Positions 10,242-20,787 of a stretch of DNA of 64,000 nt are shown here, one piece after another. The notes under the pieces are model-generated. The model searched no databases. It was given only the letters and a program-made list of their open reading frames with translations, and was not told the DNA's origin. Source of the stretch: a virus; IMG/VR virus record IMGVR_UViG_3300033994_001756, positions 64,001 through 128,000 of that record. One strand, written 5' to 3'. Both the position numbers and the translations under genes were made by a program. Positions within the stretch are counted from its first letter, which is position 1. Each line of letters starts with the position of its first letter.

Positions 10242-11189
10242 ATGATTCGTAATGATTTTCTGTGGGTTGAAAAGTATCGTCCACAAAAAGTAAGTGACTG
10301 TATTCTTCCAAAAAATGTAAAGGATACATTTCAAAATTTTGTAGAGAAGGGAGAAATCCCTAATCTACTTTTGTGTGGTCCTCCAGGCATTGGTAAGACC
10401 ACCATCGCCAAGGCACTATGCAATGAACTAGGAGTAGATTTTTATGTCATCAACGGATCTGATGAAGGACGATTTCTGGACACGGTACGGAACCAAGCAA
10501 AAAACTTTGCATCGACCGTCTCACTTCAAGGAAATGGTAAACCAAAAGTCATCATCATTGACGAGGCAGATAACACAACCAACGACGTTCAACTCCTCCT
10601 ACGGGCTAATATTGAGACGTTTCATAGCAACTGCAGATTCATCTTCACCTGCAACTACAAGAATAAAATCATTGAACCGCTACAATCTAGGTGTGCCGTC
10701 TTCGATTTCGGTATCACAGGGAAGGACAAGCCAAGAGTTGCAGGACAATTCTTCAACCGTATCCGGACTATTCTTGAGGAAGAGAATGTCCAATATGATG
10801 AAAAGGTTGTTGCAGAAGTAATCAATAAATTCTTTCCTGATTGGCGTAGGGTTCTCAATGAACTCCAACGATATGCATCTTCTGGAATTATTGATATTGG
10901 AGTTCTGGCTTCGGTTAGCGATATCAACCTGAAGAATCTTGTAAATTCTCTAAAGGAAAAGAACTTCAAAGAGGTTCGTAAGTGGGTTGTGGAGAATCTT
11001 GATAATGATGTGAATTCTATTATCCGAAAGATCTACAATACTATGTACGAGTGTTTGGATGCTGGGTCGATTCCTCAAGCAGTATTGATTCTTGCTAAGT
11101 ATCAGTATCAATCAGCATTTGTTGCTGATCAAGAGATCAATACTCTTGCTTGCTTCACTGAAATTATGTGTGACTGTAAATTTAAATAA
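10242..11189 (+). CDS. g44: gp44 clamp loader large subunit
   Basis: LWVEKYRP, GPPGIGKT, IIDEAD, SRC. Confidence 0.95.
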   Translation: MIRNDFLWVEKYRPQKVSDCILPKNVKDTFQNFVEKGEIPNLLLCGPPGIGKTTIAKALCNELGVDFYVINGSDEGRFLDTVRNQAKNFASTVSLQGNGKPKVIIIDEADNTTNDVQLLLRANIETFHSNCRFIFTCNYKNKIIEPLQSRCAVFDFGITGKDKPRVAGQFFNRIRTILEEENVQYDEKVVAEVINKFFPDWRRVLNELQRYASSGIIDIGVLASVSDINLKNLVNSLKEKNFKEVRKWVVENLDNDVNSIIRKIYNTMYECLDAGSIPQAVLILAKYQYQSAFVADQEINTLACFTEIMCDCKFK

Positions 11190-11578
11190 TGTACGATCTC
11201 AAAGACTATCTAAATTCAATCAATACCACTAAACAGAACTTGATCGACTCCGACGCAGAGGCGGAGTCCAAGTATCTTCCATACATTGTTAATAGGTGCT
11301 ATTCTGGTTTTATTGATACTATTCTTCTTGCTAATGAGATGAATTTAAATTCTCATATTGACAAGAAACTTCAATATGATTTTTATATAAATATTATCAG
11401 ACCAAAGAAACGTTTCTCTCCTTGGTTAAAGAAAGAGAAATTAGATTCATTGGAATGCATTAAAGAATATTATGGCTATAGTGATGAAAAGGCTAAGGTT
11501 GCCTTGAAAATATTAACAGACGAACAAATTGAATTTATCAGAACGAGATTGAATCGTGGAGGAAAAAATGAACGTTGA
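11189..11578 (+). CDS. g62: gp62 clamp loader small subunit
   Basis: YLPYIVNR...ANEMN...LQYDF...KKRFSPW; synteny. Confidence 0.92.
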   Translation: MYDLKDYLNSINTTKQNLIDSDAEAESKYLPYIVNRCYSGFIDTILLANEMNLNSHIDKKLQYDFYINIIRPKKRFSPWLKKEKLDSLECIKEYYGYSDEKAKVALKILTDEQIEFIRTRLNRGGKNER

Positions 11579-11990
11579 TAGTGAAGTGAGTTGGTCACCA
11601 GATCAAATGGTTGAAGTAACTCTAAATGAGCCAGATGACTTTCTAAAAGTCAGGGAAACTCTAACTCGTATTGGAGTTGCATCACGAAAAGAAAAGAAGC
11701 TATATCAATCTTGCCATATTCTTCATAAGCAAGGTAGATATTATATTGTACACTTTAAAGAGCTTTTTGCATTAGATGGCAAAAGAGCCAATCTATTCTT
11801 GAACGATGTTCAACGAAAGAATAGAATTGCTCAGCTACTTCAGGATTGGGGTCTTGTACAGATTGTAAATGCTGAACAAGTAGCAGACGCAGCACCGCTG
11901 AGTCAGATTAAAGTTCTTTCATTCAAAGACAAACCAGAGTGGACTCTGGAAAGTAAATACAACATTGGCAAAAAGAAACAGCCAGAATAG
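11568..11990 (+). CDS. regA: RegA translational repressor
   Basis: DDFLKVRETLTRIGVAS...LYQSCHILHKQGRYYIVHFKELFALDG; start moved to ATG 11568 after GGAGG. Confidence 0.95.
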   Translation: MNVDSEVSWSPDQMVEVTLNEPDDFLKVRETLTRIGVASRKEKKLYQSCHILHKQGRYYIVHFKELFALDGKRANLFLNDVQRKNRIAQLLQDWGLVQIVNAEQVADAAPLSQIKVLSFKDKPEWTLESKYNIGKKKQPE

Positions 11991-11992
11991 TA

Positions 11993-12021
11993 GAAAGGGG
12001 GCTTTAAGCCCCTTTTTTTTA
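11993..12021. terminator. bidirectional intrinsic terminator
   Basis: AAAGGGGGCT-TTA-AGCCCCTTTTTTTT between convergent genes. Confidence 0.85.
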
Positions 12022-12165
12022 TTTCATTGCCATTACAAGTTGTGCTTCTTTCAGTTTATTTTCTTTTTCAATCTGACTGCGAATTACTGCTAGCCAGTTA
12101 GAAGCAATTTGATTTTGGCGTGTATCGGTGTCGTATTTGGCACCACGATAAGTTGCTTGTGACAT
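12019..12165 (-). CDS. DUF4278-like small protein (48 aa), not in ORF track
   Basis: MSQATYRGAKYDTDTRQNQ...MAMK*; SD AAGGAG; TYRGxxY motif; follows glnA-type aptamers. Confidence 0.8.
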   Translation of the reverse strand: MSQATYRGAKYDTDTRQNQIASNWLAVIRSQIEKENKLKEAQLVMAMK

Positions 12166-12195
12166 TAGGTTTCTCCTTAATTTTTAGGCTAAAGA

Positions 12196-12293
12196 GCGTT
12201 CCTTCAGTCGGCTTTTGCGTCCTCTATGAGGATGAACGATCCGTTCCGAGTCGGCTTACTTCCGTTCGCTATTTGCGAATAGCGAATGAACGT
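12196..12293 (-). ncRNA. tandem glutamine (glnA-class) riboswitch aptamers
   Basis: Two units CGTTCA-stem-(CGGAAGTA/CGCAAA)AGCCGAC..GGAACG upstream of the DUF4278-like ORF. Confidence 0.8.
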
Positions 12294-12335
12294 ATTATTA
12301 TATATGCAAGTATAATTGTAACATTTGATACTGTT

Positions 12336-12656
12336 TTAATCTCGTTGTCTCCAGTCTTCTGGTTTATCTTCGGTGAAAAAATCTACAATATCATCTACGG
12401 TATCAAATCTACTGATTCCTTTTCGTTCATTTCCAAATCCACCAATATCAAGTTGATTTAAGAAATCATCTAGATCACCTTCTTGCATGTCTGGGTTTTC
12501 TGCTCTACGTCTTGCCTGGCGGAGCATAGTTCCTGCAGTTCTGTTTGCTTGTGCCAATTTCTCTGCCCAAATAATATCTTGCAATGAAACTTCGTTCCCA
12601 TCCACGATGTTATTGCAAATTGCTTCTAGTTTGAGTCGATAATTTGTAGAGAGCAT
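12336..12656 (-). CDS. conserved cyanophage hypothetical protein
   Basis: MLSTNYRLKLEAIC...IWAEKLA...LRQARR...DWRQRD. Confidence 0.8.
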   Translation of the reverse strand: MLSTNYRLKLEAICNNIVDGNEVSLQDIIWAEKLAQANRTAGTMLRQARRRAENPDMQEGDLDDFLNQLDIGGFGNERKGISRFDTVDDIVDFFTEDKPEDWRQRD

Positions 12657-12736
12657 AATATGTACACTGATTATACTGTATTTATTTTCGGAAATCCGAA
12701 CTGGACATTCGACGATAATTATATATATAATTGTGA

Positions 12737-12784
12737 AGAGATGCCTTCGGGGTCTCTAGAAATAACTCTCGCTTACCAAGGAGA
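12737..12784 (+). promoter_or_regulatory. ROSE-like RNA thermometer in hsp20 5' UTR
   Basis: TTCG hairpin, then TCTC-G-CTT/AAG-GAGA stem with bulged G pairing the SD. Confidence 0.6.
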
Positions 12785-12793
12785 TTAATAACA

Positions 12794-13258
12794 ATGAGAT
12801 TCACTACTCAATCACTAGACACATTTTGGACCGAATACGCTCCACTTGCTGTAGGTCTGGATGAAATGTTTAACCGATTAGATTCAATGCAAAATTCGGT
12901 AAACGTAAACTATCCTCCCTACAACATCGTCAAACATGACAACAGTAACTACACAGTTGAAGTCGCTCTTGCAGGATTTAAACCAGAAGAGATTGAAGTC
13001 TTTACAGAACAAAACATTCTCACAATTGCCAGCAAAGTTGAGGAACGAGATACTACAAGACAGTATGTACACCAAGGTCTATCAAAACGTTCCTTCACCC
13101 GTAAGATTCAACTCTCCGATGAACATAGAGTATCCTCTGTGAATTTTGAACATGGACTATTATCTGTAGACATTGAAAAAATTATTCCCGATCATCAAAA
13201 GAAAACAACCTGGGATATTCCAGGAGTCAAGACTGAAAAAGCTCTCTTGACAGAATAA
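12794..13258 (+). CDS. hsp20: small heat shock protein Hsp20
   Basis: NYPPYNI, EVALAGF, HQGLSKRSF, FEHGLL. Confidence 0.95.
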   Translation: MRFTTQSLDTFWTEYAPLAVGLDEMFNRLDSMQNSVNVNYPPYNIVKHDNSNYTVEVALAGFKPEEIEVFTEQNILTIASKVEERDTTRQYVHQGLSKRSFTRKIQLSDEHRVSSVNFEHGLLSVDIEKIIPDHQKKTTWDIPGVKTEKALLTE

Positions 13259-13292
13259 ATAGAGTTGGGAAATCCCCAAATATCGTCGGCAC

Positions 13293-13331
13293 AGACCCAC
13301 CCTGGCAACTTTCAGGGATCGGGTCTTTTTT
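13293..13331 (+). terminator. intrinsic terminator after hsp20
   Basis: AGACCC-A-CCCTG...CAGGG-ATC-GGGTCT followed by T-tract. Confidence 0.7.
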
Positions 13332-13332
13332 C

Positions 13333-13361
13333 TTGACATGGGCTCCTGGGTATGCTATACT
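13333..13361 (+). promoter_or_regulatory. sigma70-type promoter for g43 operon
   Basis: TTGACA-17-TATACT with extended TG. Confidence 0.7.
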
Positions 13362-13389
13362 ACATAGAGTTGTTCCCATGGACCCTGCC

Positions 13390-13755
13390 ATGAATATTAA
13401 ACTGATTCAACTTATCAACAATGATTATATTATCTGTGAATATGAGGAGCTAGACGAAGAACCTTCTCTATACATGAAAAATCCATATCGAGTTCTAGAC
13501 CTGACTTATTGGGATTACAATGATAAGGATAAACATTTCCCTCCAGATAATGCAGTATTTTTACGGACCACGGAAGAAAAAAATATCAAAGACGAAAAGG
13601 AAATTACAACTATTCAAACTGATTATGCTCAACTGGTTAGGTATCCTCTATTTACAGAAGACGTAGATATTCTTCTCAATTCAGATAAAATCATGACCAT
13701 AGTAGAACCCTGTCCAGAAATTCTAACCCTATACACTCAACTGATTGCTAAATGA
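13390..13755 (+). CDS. hypothetical protein upstream of DNA polymerase
   Basis: Start moved to MNIKLIQL because the track start lies within the promoter; overlaps g43 start. Confidence 0.7.
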   Translation: MNIKLIQLINNDYIICEYEELDEEPSLYMKNPYRVLDLTYWDYNDKDKHFPPDNAVFLRTTEEKNIKDEKEITTIQTDYAQLVRYPLFTEDVDILLNSDKIMTIVEPCPEILTLYTQLIAK

Positions 13756-16244
13756 GGTTTTACACCAATGTACAACTAATTCGTGATGTAGTCCACTATC
13801 GTGGGTACAACAACGGAGTCAAGGAAATCTTCCAAGATACCTTTTCTCCCACATTGTTTGTGCCCTCGCCAAAACCTACTAAGTATAAAACCCTTACTGG
13901 TGATTATGTTAGTCCTATTGAATTTACTAGGACTAACGAAGCAAAAGACTTTCTAAAAAAGTACGATGGTGTAGACAACTTTACAGTGTATGGATATGAA
14001 AGGTTTTTGTATCAATACATAGCAGATCAATTTCCAGAGGACGAGATCAAATTTGATATCTCTTCTATGCACATTGTATCTCTAGACATTGAGGTGGCTT
14101 GTGAAAACGGGTTCCCGAATGTAGAGGCAGCTGCAGAAGAAATGCTCTGCATTACTGTAAAGGATATCAATACTAAACAAATCATTGTGTGGGGTGTCCG
14201 TGAATATGAAAACACTCGCTTAGATGTAGAATATCGAGTATTTTGGACCGAGCAAGAAATGCTTTCAAACTTTCTTGAATGGTGGGTTCAAAATACTCCT
14301 GATGTGGTTACTGGGTGGAACGTGACTTTGTATGACATCCCATACATTATGAGAAGGTTGGAGAAGGTACTGTCCACCAAACACATGAAGTCGATTTCCC
14401 CCTGGACAGTTGCCACCAACAGGGAAGTTGTGATCATGGGTAGGGCTCATATCATTTATGAGATTGCAGGACTATCTGTACTGGACTATCTGGATCTGTA
14501 CAAGAAGTTTACTTATACAAACAGAGAATCCTACCGACTAGATTACATCGCCCAAGTAGAACTAGGAGAACAAAAGCTCGATCACTCTGAGTTTGAAAAC
14601 TTCAAAGAATTTTATACCAGGGACTGGCAGAAGTTTATTGATTACAACATTCGTGACGTAGAACTTGTCGATCGTCTCGATGACAAGATGAAGCTGATTG
14701 AACTTGCTATTACGATGGCATATGACGCAAAAGAGAATTTTGAAGATGTATATTCTCAGGTAAAAACTTGGGACAATATTATCTTCAATTATTTGAAGAA
14801 GGGTCACATTGTAGTTCCCCCAAAGATTAGCCAGAAGAAAGATTATGCATATGAAGGAGCTTATGTAAAGGATCCCATAATCGGTAAGCATGATTGGGTG
14901 GTGAGTTTTGACTTGAACTCACTATATCCACACTTGATCATGCAGTACAATATTTCTCCTGAAACATTATTGACTGAACGATTCCCTGGTATAACAGTAG
15001 ATAAAATCCTACAGAAATCAGTAGATACAAGTTCACTAGAGTGTGCATCGGTCTGTGCAAATGGTGCAATGTATGATACCCATGAGATGGGGTTTCTTCC
15101 AAAGCTTATGCAGAAGATGTATGATGACCGAGTTATCTTCAAGAAAAAGATGCTTGAATCTAAAAAGCTTTATGAAGAAACTAAAGATAAGAAGCATCTG
15201 AAAGATATCGCACGATATGAAAACAATCAGATGGCACGTAAGATTGCACTAAACTCTGCTTATGGTGCGATTGGAAATGAATACTTCAGGTATTTTCTAA
15301 TTACTAATGCAGAAGCAATCACCCTATCTGGTCAAGTTTCAATCCGCTGGATTGAGAACAAAATGAATGCATATCTAAATAAACTGTTGAAAACAGATGG
15401 GGAGGATTATGTTATTGCTTCTGATACCGATTCCATTTATCTTAATCTGGGTCCTTTGGTTCAAACTATATACAAGGGAAGAGAGGAAGCTCCTGAGAAA
15501 ATTGTCGGGTTCCTTGATAAGATCTGTAAAGTGGAACTTGAACCTTATATTGAAAGTTGCTACCAAGAACTGGCAACGTATGTGAATGCGTATGACCAGA
15601 AGATGAAGATGAAACGAGAGAACATTGCAGACAAAGGAATTTGGACTGCGAAGAAACGTTACATGCTCAACGTCTGGGATTCAGAAGGTGTACGATATGA
15701 AAGTCCCAAGATGAAAATCATGGGATTGGAAACTGCCAGATCATCTACACCATCATATTTTAGGGACAAGTTGTTCAAAGCATTTCAAATTATTCTAACC
15801 AAAGATAATGATACATTGATCAATTTCATTAATCAGGTTAAAACTGATACGAGGAAACAAGATGTTGTAGACATTTCATTTCCAAGAAGCCTGAACAATC
15901 TTCATAAGTATAAGGGATCTTCTACTTTATATGCAGAGAAAACTCCAATCCAAGTACGGGGTGCTATTCTGTACAACCATCTGGTAAAAACTAAAAAACT
16001 GAATAACAAATATCCATATATCCAGGAAGGGGAAAAGGTTAAGTTTGTATACTTGAAAGTTCCTAACCCCATTCAAGAAAATGTAATTTCATATTTTCAA
16101 ACACTTCCATCAGAGTTTAACCTAGAAAAGTATATTGATTACAATATGCAATTCTCCAAGAGCTTCCTTGAACCACTAAACTCTGTGTTAAATTCGATCG
16201 GATGGGTATCCGAAAGACGTGGTACACTAGAAGCATTCCTATAA
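13752..16244 (+). CDS. g43: gp43 family B DNA polymerase
   Basis: DIE exonuclease, [24 protein letters not shown]; no intein-sized insert. Confidence 0.97.
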   Translation: MRFYTNVQLIRDVVHYRGYNNGVKEIFQDTFSPTLFVPSPKPTKYKTLTGDYVSPIEFTRTNEAKDFLKKYDGVDNFTVYGYERFLYQYIADQFPEDEIKFDISSMHIVSLDIEVACENGFPNVEAAAEEMLCITVKDINTKQIIVWGVREYENTRLDVEYRVFWTEQEMLSNFLEWWVQNTPDVVTGWNVTLYDIPYIMRRLEKVLSTKHMKSISPWTVATNREVVIMGRAHIIYEIAGLSVLDYLDLYKKFTYTNRESYRLDYIAQVELGEQKLDHSEFENFKEFYTRDWQKFIDYNIRDVELVDRLDDKMKLIELAITMAYDAKENFEDVYSQVKTWDNIIFNYLKKGHIVVPPKISQKKDYAYEGAYVKDPIIGKHDWVVSFDLNSLYPHLIMQYNISPETLLTERFPGITVDKILQKSVDTSSLECASVCANGAMYDTHEMGFLPKLMQKMYDDRVIFKKKMLESKKLYEETKDKKHLKDIARYENNQMARKIALNSAYGAIGNEYFRYFLITNAEAITLSGQVSIRWIENKMNAYLNKLLKTDGEDYVIASDTDSIYLNLGPLVQTIYKGREEAPEKIVGFLDKICKVELEPYIESCYQELATYVNAYDQKMKMKRENIADKGIWTAKKRYMLNVWDSEGVRYESPKMKIMGLETARSSTPSYFRDKLFKAFQIILTKDNDTLINFINQVKTDTRKQDVVDISFPRSLNNLHKYKGSSTLYAEKTPIQVRGAILYNHLVKTKKLNNKYPYIQEGEKVKFVYLKVPNPIQENVISYFQTLPSEFNLEKYIDYNMQFSKSFLEPLNSVLNSIGWVSERRGTLEAFL

Positions 16245-16260
16245 AATTAATGAGGTAATT

Positions 16261-17301
16261 ATGAGTTTCTTAAATAGTGTAATTAAAGAACTGGACAATG
16301 AGTATGCAGGAATCGTCGAAGATGGAGTCGCCGCAGGAGATTGCGGTGGCTTTGTTGACACTGGGAGCTATATCTTTAATGCTCTCCTTAGTGGTAGTAT
16401 TTTTGGGGGGCTACCTAACAACAAGATTACAGCTCTCGCTGGTGAGTCATCTACTGGAAAAACTTTCTTTGCTCTGTCAATCGTTAAATACTTCCTTCAA
16501 CAAAATCCTAATGGAGAAGTAATTTACTTTGAAACTGAGTCTGCTATCACAAAAGATATGATGACTAGTCGTGGCATTGATGCCAAGCGAGTTGGTCTAG
16601 TCCCAGTATCTACTGTGCAGGAGTTTCGTACTCAGTCAATCAAAGTAGTTGATGAGTACATGAAACTTAAGAAGGATGAGCGCCCACCCCTCATGTTTGT
16701 GCTAGACTCTCTTGGAATGCTTGCCACCACCAAGGAGATTGAGGACGCCTCTGCGGGCAAGGAGACCCGTGATATGACCCGTTCGCAGGTCATCAAGTCT
16801 GTGTTCCGTATCCTGTCTCTGAAGCTTGGCACAGCGGGCATTCCGATGATCGTGACCAACCACACCTATGATGTGATTGGATCATACATGCCAACCAAAG
16901 AAATGGGTGGTGGATCTGGTCTTAAATATGCTGCTTCAACCATCGTTTACCTTTCTAAATCAAAGGAGAAAGATGGAACTGAAGTAGTAGGAAACATCAT
17001 CAAATGTAAAGCATTCAAGTCTAGGTTCACAAAGGAAAATTCACTAATCGAAACGAGGTTGTTCTATGATGAGCGTGGACTTGACAAATACTATGGATTA
17101 CTGGAACTGGGTGAGAAGTACGGAATCTTCATTAAGTCTGGGGGTCGTTATGAAATTAATGGGGGCAAGTTTTATGCTAAGGCTATTCTTTCAGAGCCTG
17201 AGAAATTCTTCACTCCCGAAGTGATGGAAGCACTTGACGAATGTGCCAAGAAGGAGTATAGTTATGGTACAGTGGACACCCTTGATGGAGATGATGCTTG
17301 A
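16261..17301 (+). CDS. uvsX: UvsX RecA-like recombinase
   Basis: [27 protein letters not shown]. Confidence 0.95.
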   Translation: MSFLNSVIKELDNEYAGIVEDGVAAGDCGGFVDTGSYIFNALLSGSIFGGLPNNKITALAGESSTGKTFFALSIVKYFLQQNPNGEVIYFETESAITKDMMTSRGIDAKRVGLVPVSTVQEFRTQSIKVVDEYMKLKKDERPPLMFVLDSLGMLATTKEIEDASAGKETRDMTRSQVIKSVFRILSLKLGTAGIPMIVTNHTYDVIGSYMPTKEMGGGSGLKYAASTIVYLSKSKEKDGTEVVGNIIKCKAFKSRFTKENSLIETRLFYDERGLDKYYGLLELGEKYGIFIKSGGRYEINGGKFYAKAILSEPEKFFTPEVMEALDECAKKEYSYGTVDTLDGDDA

Positions 17302-18680
17302 TGGATCGAATTGAATCTAAAATTCTTTCAAATTTAATTTATGATGAAACATACACACGAAAAGTAATTCCCTTCATTAAAGAAACATATTTTGAACTCC
17401 TTCCAGAAAAAGTTGTATTCCAGGAGATTCAGAAGTATGTTATGAAATATGATGATATTCCATCTCAGTCAGTATTGAAGATTGAGATTGAGAATAGAAA
17501 AGATATTTCGGATGATGCTTTTCAAACTTCAGTCAATTTAGTAAATGATTTGAAGGAAGAAAAATTCGATGATCAATGGCTATTAGATACCACTGAAAAG
17601 TGGTGTAAGGACAGAGCCATTTATTTGGCTCTACTAGACTCAGTTAAAATTGCAGACGGAAAGGACAAGACTAGAAGCAAGGATTCAATCCCTTCTATCC
17701 TTTCCGATGCACTTGCAGTTTCATTTGATGACCACATTGGTCACGACTACATTTCAGATTCACAATCCCGATATGATTTCTATCACAAAAAAGAAGACAA
17801 AATTCCATTCGACCTTGAGCTATTCAACAAAATTACAAAAGGTGGCCTCCCTAACAAGACTCTCAATGTCGCTCTTGCTGGTACGGGTGTCGGCAAAAGT
17901 TTATTCATGTGCCACATGGCTAGCTCCATCCTCTTGCAGGGGCGCAATGTTCTCTACATTACACTTGAAATGGCAGAGGAAAGGATTGCTGAACGAATTG
18001 ATGCGAATCTCTTGAATGTAAATATTCAAGACATCACCAATCTACCTAAAGCTACATATGAATCTAAACTAGCAAAGATATCAGAAAAGACTAGAGGTAA
18101 ATTAATCATCAAGGAATATCCTACTGCTTCCGCACATGTGGGACATTTCAAAGCATTGCTAACTGATCTAGCTTTAAAGAAAGGATTCAAGCCAGATATG
18201 ATTTTCATTGACTATCTAAATATCTGTGCTTCTTCACGATACAAAGGAACTATTGTAAACTCCTACACTTACGTCAAAGCTATTGCTGAGGAGTTACGTG
18301 GACTTGCGGTAGAATGCAATGTTCCGATTGTATCTGCCACTCAAACTACTCGATCAGGTTATGGTAACTCTGACGTTGAGCTTACTGATACATCTGAATC
18401 ATTTGGTCTTCCCGCTACTGCTGATTTTATGTTTGCTCTTATCAGCACCGAAGAGCTTGAGAATCTAAATCAGATCATGGTCAAGCAGTTGAAGAATCGT
18501 TACAATGACCCCACTGCCTTCAAGAGATTCGTGGTGGGTATTGACAGGGCGAAGATGAAGCTGTATAATGTGGAGGACAGTGCTCAGCGAACCCTGATCC
18601 AAAGTGGTCAGCCAACTGAAGATGAGTACGAATCTAAATTTACTAAATCACAACGATCATTTGAAGGTTTTAAAGTATGA
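17298..18680 (+). CDS. g41: gp41 replicative helicase
   Basis: [35 protein letters not shown]. Confidence 0.95.
   Translation: MMDRIESKILSNLIYDETYTRKVIPFIKETYFELLPEKVVFQEIQKYVMKYDDIPSQSVLKIEIENRKDISDDAFQTSVNLVNDLKEEKFDDQWLLDTTEKWCKDRAIYLALLDSVKIADGKDKTRSKDSIPSILSDALAVSFDDHIGHDYISDSQSRYDFYHKKEDKIPFDLELFNKITKGGLPNKTLNVALAGTGVGKSLFMCHMASSILLQGRNVLYITLEMAEERIAERIDANLLNVNIQDITNLPKATYESKLAKISEKTRGKLIIKEYPTASAHVGHFKALLTDLALKKGFKPDMIFIDYLNICASSRYKGTIVNSYTYVKAIAEELRGLAVECNVPIVSATQTTRSGYGNSDVELTDTSESFGLPATADFMFALISTEELENLNQIMVKQLKNRYNDPTAFKRFVVGIDRAKMKLYNVEDSAQRTLIQSGQPTEDEYESKFTKSQRSFEGFKV
18541..18569 (+). promoter_or_regulatory. consensus sigma70 promoter inside g41, driving mazG
   Basis: Perfect TTGACA-17-TATAAT. 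Confidence 0.65.
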
Positions 18681-19117
18681 CAAAAAAACTAATTAGTCTC
18701 GACGCATACCAAAATTTTGTTGGCGATACTACTAGTATTGCATCTAGCAATCCAGAAGAATTTGTTAATCGGGTAACTGAACTGGAACGCAAGGTGCCTG
18801 AAGACCACGTAAATGGTGTTGGCGTTGACTTGAACCGACTTCTCACTGCTGCAATTGGTCTTACTGCTGAAGGTGGTGAGTTTGCAGAAATTGCAAAGAA
18901 GATTGCATTCCAAGGTAAGCCATATAACGAACAATCTCGTACACATATGATTAAAGAGATGGGAGACGTGATGTGGTATATTGCTCAAGGTTGTATTGCT
19001 CTAGGTACTAATATTGAAGAAGTCTTAGAAACTAATGTAGAAAAACTAACTGCTCGTTATCCTGAAGGAGCATTCCGAGTATTCCATTCCGAAAACCGTA
19101 AAGAAGGAGACATCTGA
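18677..19117 (+). CDS. mazG: MazG-like NTP pyrophosphohydrolase
   Basis: GLTAEGGEFAE...KEMGDVMWY...NVEKLTARYP. Confidence 0.92.
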   Translation: MTKKLISLDAYQNFVGDTTSIASSNPEEFVNRVTELERKVPEDHVNGVGVDLNRLLTAAIGLTAEGGEFAEIAKKIAFQGKPYNEQSRTHMIKEMGDVMWYIAQGCIALGTNIEEVLETNVEKLTARYPEGAFRVFHSENRKEGDI

Positions 19118-19530
19118 TGAACAATAATGATTGCCTAAAAGATGTATTTGGCAAGAACTCTACAATGATTTTGTCTGATGTAGAAAAACTACGATCTATT
19201 GGGCAGTCATTTAACTTCACAGTTTCTCAGCATAAGATGTTCATGATTGCTCTTAGAAACGCAGAGAATTCAATCAAGAAAAACTCTGCGTTTCTAAATT
19301 TTATTTTCAAGAATCAGACGTTTTATTTGTTTGTAATATTCAAATCATTTATACAAACGCCAGGAAATTTAGATACATTTGAAGAGTATTATTCCAAAGC
19401 TACTCGCAATAATAAAAATGCAAAGTATGGATTGGACTTCTTCAAATTGTATCAGCAAAACTTTGAAGAGATTTATAGACTAGCAAAGTATTTGACCACC
19501 GCTAAATCCATTGTAAGAACTAAGTTTTAA
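19117..19530 (+). CDS. hypothetical protein
   Basis: 137-aa ORF coupled to mazG (TGATG). Confidence 0.65.
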   Translation: MNNNDCLKDVFGKNSTMILSDVEKLRSIGQSFNFTVSQHKMFMIALRNAENSIKKNSAFLNFIFKNQTFYLFVIFKSFIQTPGNLDTFEEYYSKATRNNKNAKYGLDFFKLYQQNFEEIYRLAKYLTTAKSIVRTKF

Positions 19531-19562
19531 CCTAAATAATAGATGTAGAACTTTTGTTTTTG

Positions 19563-20756
19563 ATGAAAACTTTTAGGCAATTTATAACAGAAGCACGAAC
19601 TCCTGCGGGAAAGGAAGCGGAGAAAAAAGGTCTTGCCCATGCAGGAAAAGGATATTACACTGACGCTAAGGGAAACGTTGTAGCCAAGAGTGAAAAGGGT
19701 GGACAGAAGCTAGTACCTATTTCAAAGGAAGATAAGAAGAAGTTAAAAGATGGTAAACCTCTTATGGGACCATCTTCTGTTGCAGACATGCAAAACATGT
19801 CTCAACCACCACAACCCCAGTCACAATCACCAGAAACCACTGCAGAACAACCTCCAGAGCAACTTGAGCCTGGTGATGGTCCTGCAGTGGTTATTACTTT
19901 TGGAAGATTTAATCCCCCTTCAATTGGGCATGAAAACCTCATCAATGCGGTTCAGGAACAGGCAGAAGAACTGGAAGCAGAGTATAGAATTTATCCAAGT
20001 AGAACATCAGATAAAAAGCAGAATCCGTTAGACTTCAAAACCAAGTATAATATTCTCCAGCATGTATTCACCGATCATGCAGAGAATATTATCAATGATC
20101 CCGAAAATGGAGATAATATTTACGACATTCTGACTTCACTGCATGATGAAGGATATCACCATGTAGTCATTATGTGCGGTGACGAAAATGTTCAAAAGTA
20201 TGAAAAGATTGCACAAAAATATAATGGTACAGTTTACGATTTCTATGGAGTAGAAGTTGTTGGTGCTGGAATGCCAGATCCAGATAATGATAAATCTGAA
20301 GGCATTACAAGTTCTATGATGCGTAAGTCAGCACTTGAAAATGATTACGAGACATTCAAGCAAGGTCTTCCCGGCAATGTAAGTAAAAAGGAATGCCGTG
20401 CAATCTATAGTCAAGTTCGTAAGTCTATGAGTTTGAAGGAAGAACTTTGGATGATCGCTCCAAATCTAGATAGTAGCAATCTTCGTGAAGAATACTATCA
20501 AGGTAATATTTACAATCTCGGTGAGCATGTAATAGATTCAGTTACTGGCATATCTGGAAAGATTGTTACCAGAGGATCTAACTATGTAATCTTTGTAGAT
20601 GAGCAAAAGAAAATTCACCGTACATGGATTAAAGATCTAAGCTATCATCCAGGTCCACTTGAAATTGGAACTGATGATTACAGAGAATATCTACAACGAA
20701 TGCATCCTACCGAGCCAGTTAAGTCATTTACTAAAGGTAAGCGAAAAGATAAATAA
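19563..20756 (+). CDS. cytidyltransferase-like (HxGH nucleotidyltransferase) protein with capsid-targeting-like N-terminus
   Basis: ITFGRFNPPSIGHE, NPLDF, ITSSMMR; starts MKTFRQFITEA after late-promoter-like CTAAATA. Confidence 0.85.
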   Translation: MKTFRQFITEARTPAGKEAEKKGLAHAGKGYYTDAKGNVVAKSEKGGQKLVPISKEDKKKLKDGKPLMGPSSVADMQNMSQPPQPQSQSPETTAEQPPEQLEPGDGPAVVITFGRFNPPSIGHENLINAVQEQAEELEAEYRIYPSRTSDKKQNPLDFKTKYNILQHVFTDHAENIINDPENGDNIYDILTSLHDEGYHHVVIMCGDENVQKYEKIAQKYNGTVYDFYGVEVVGAGMPDPDNDKSEGITSSMMRKSALENDYETFKQGLPGNVSKKECRAIYSQVRKSMSLKEELWMIAPNLDSSNLREEYYQGNIYNLGEHVIDSVTGISGKIVTRGSNYVIFVDEQKKIHRTWIKDLSYHPGPLEIGTDDYREYLQRMHPTEPVKSFTKGKRKDK

Positions 20757-20787
20757 TAATAAATAGAACTTCAATAACGTACAGAAT

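Noticed and set aside
12120-12461. Plus-strand 113-aa ORF in the track
   Set aside because: Antisense to the glnA-type aptamers, the DUF4278-like gene and ORF 12336-12656; no recognisable protein features.
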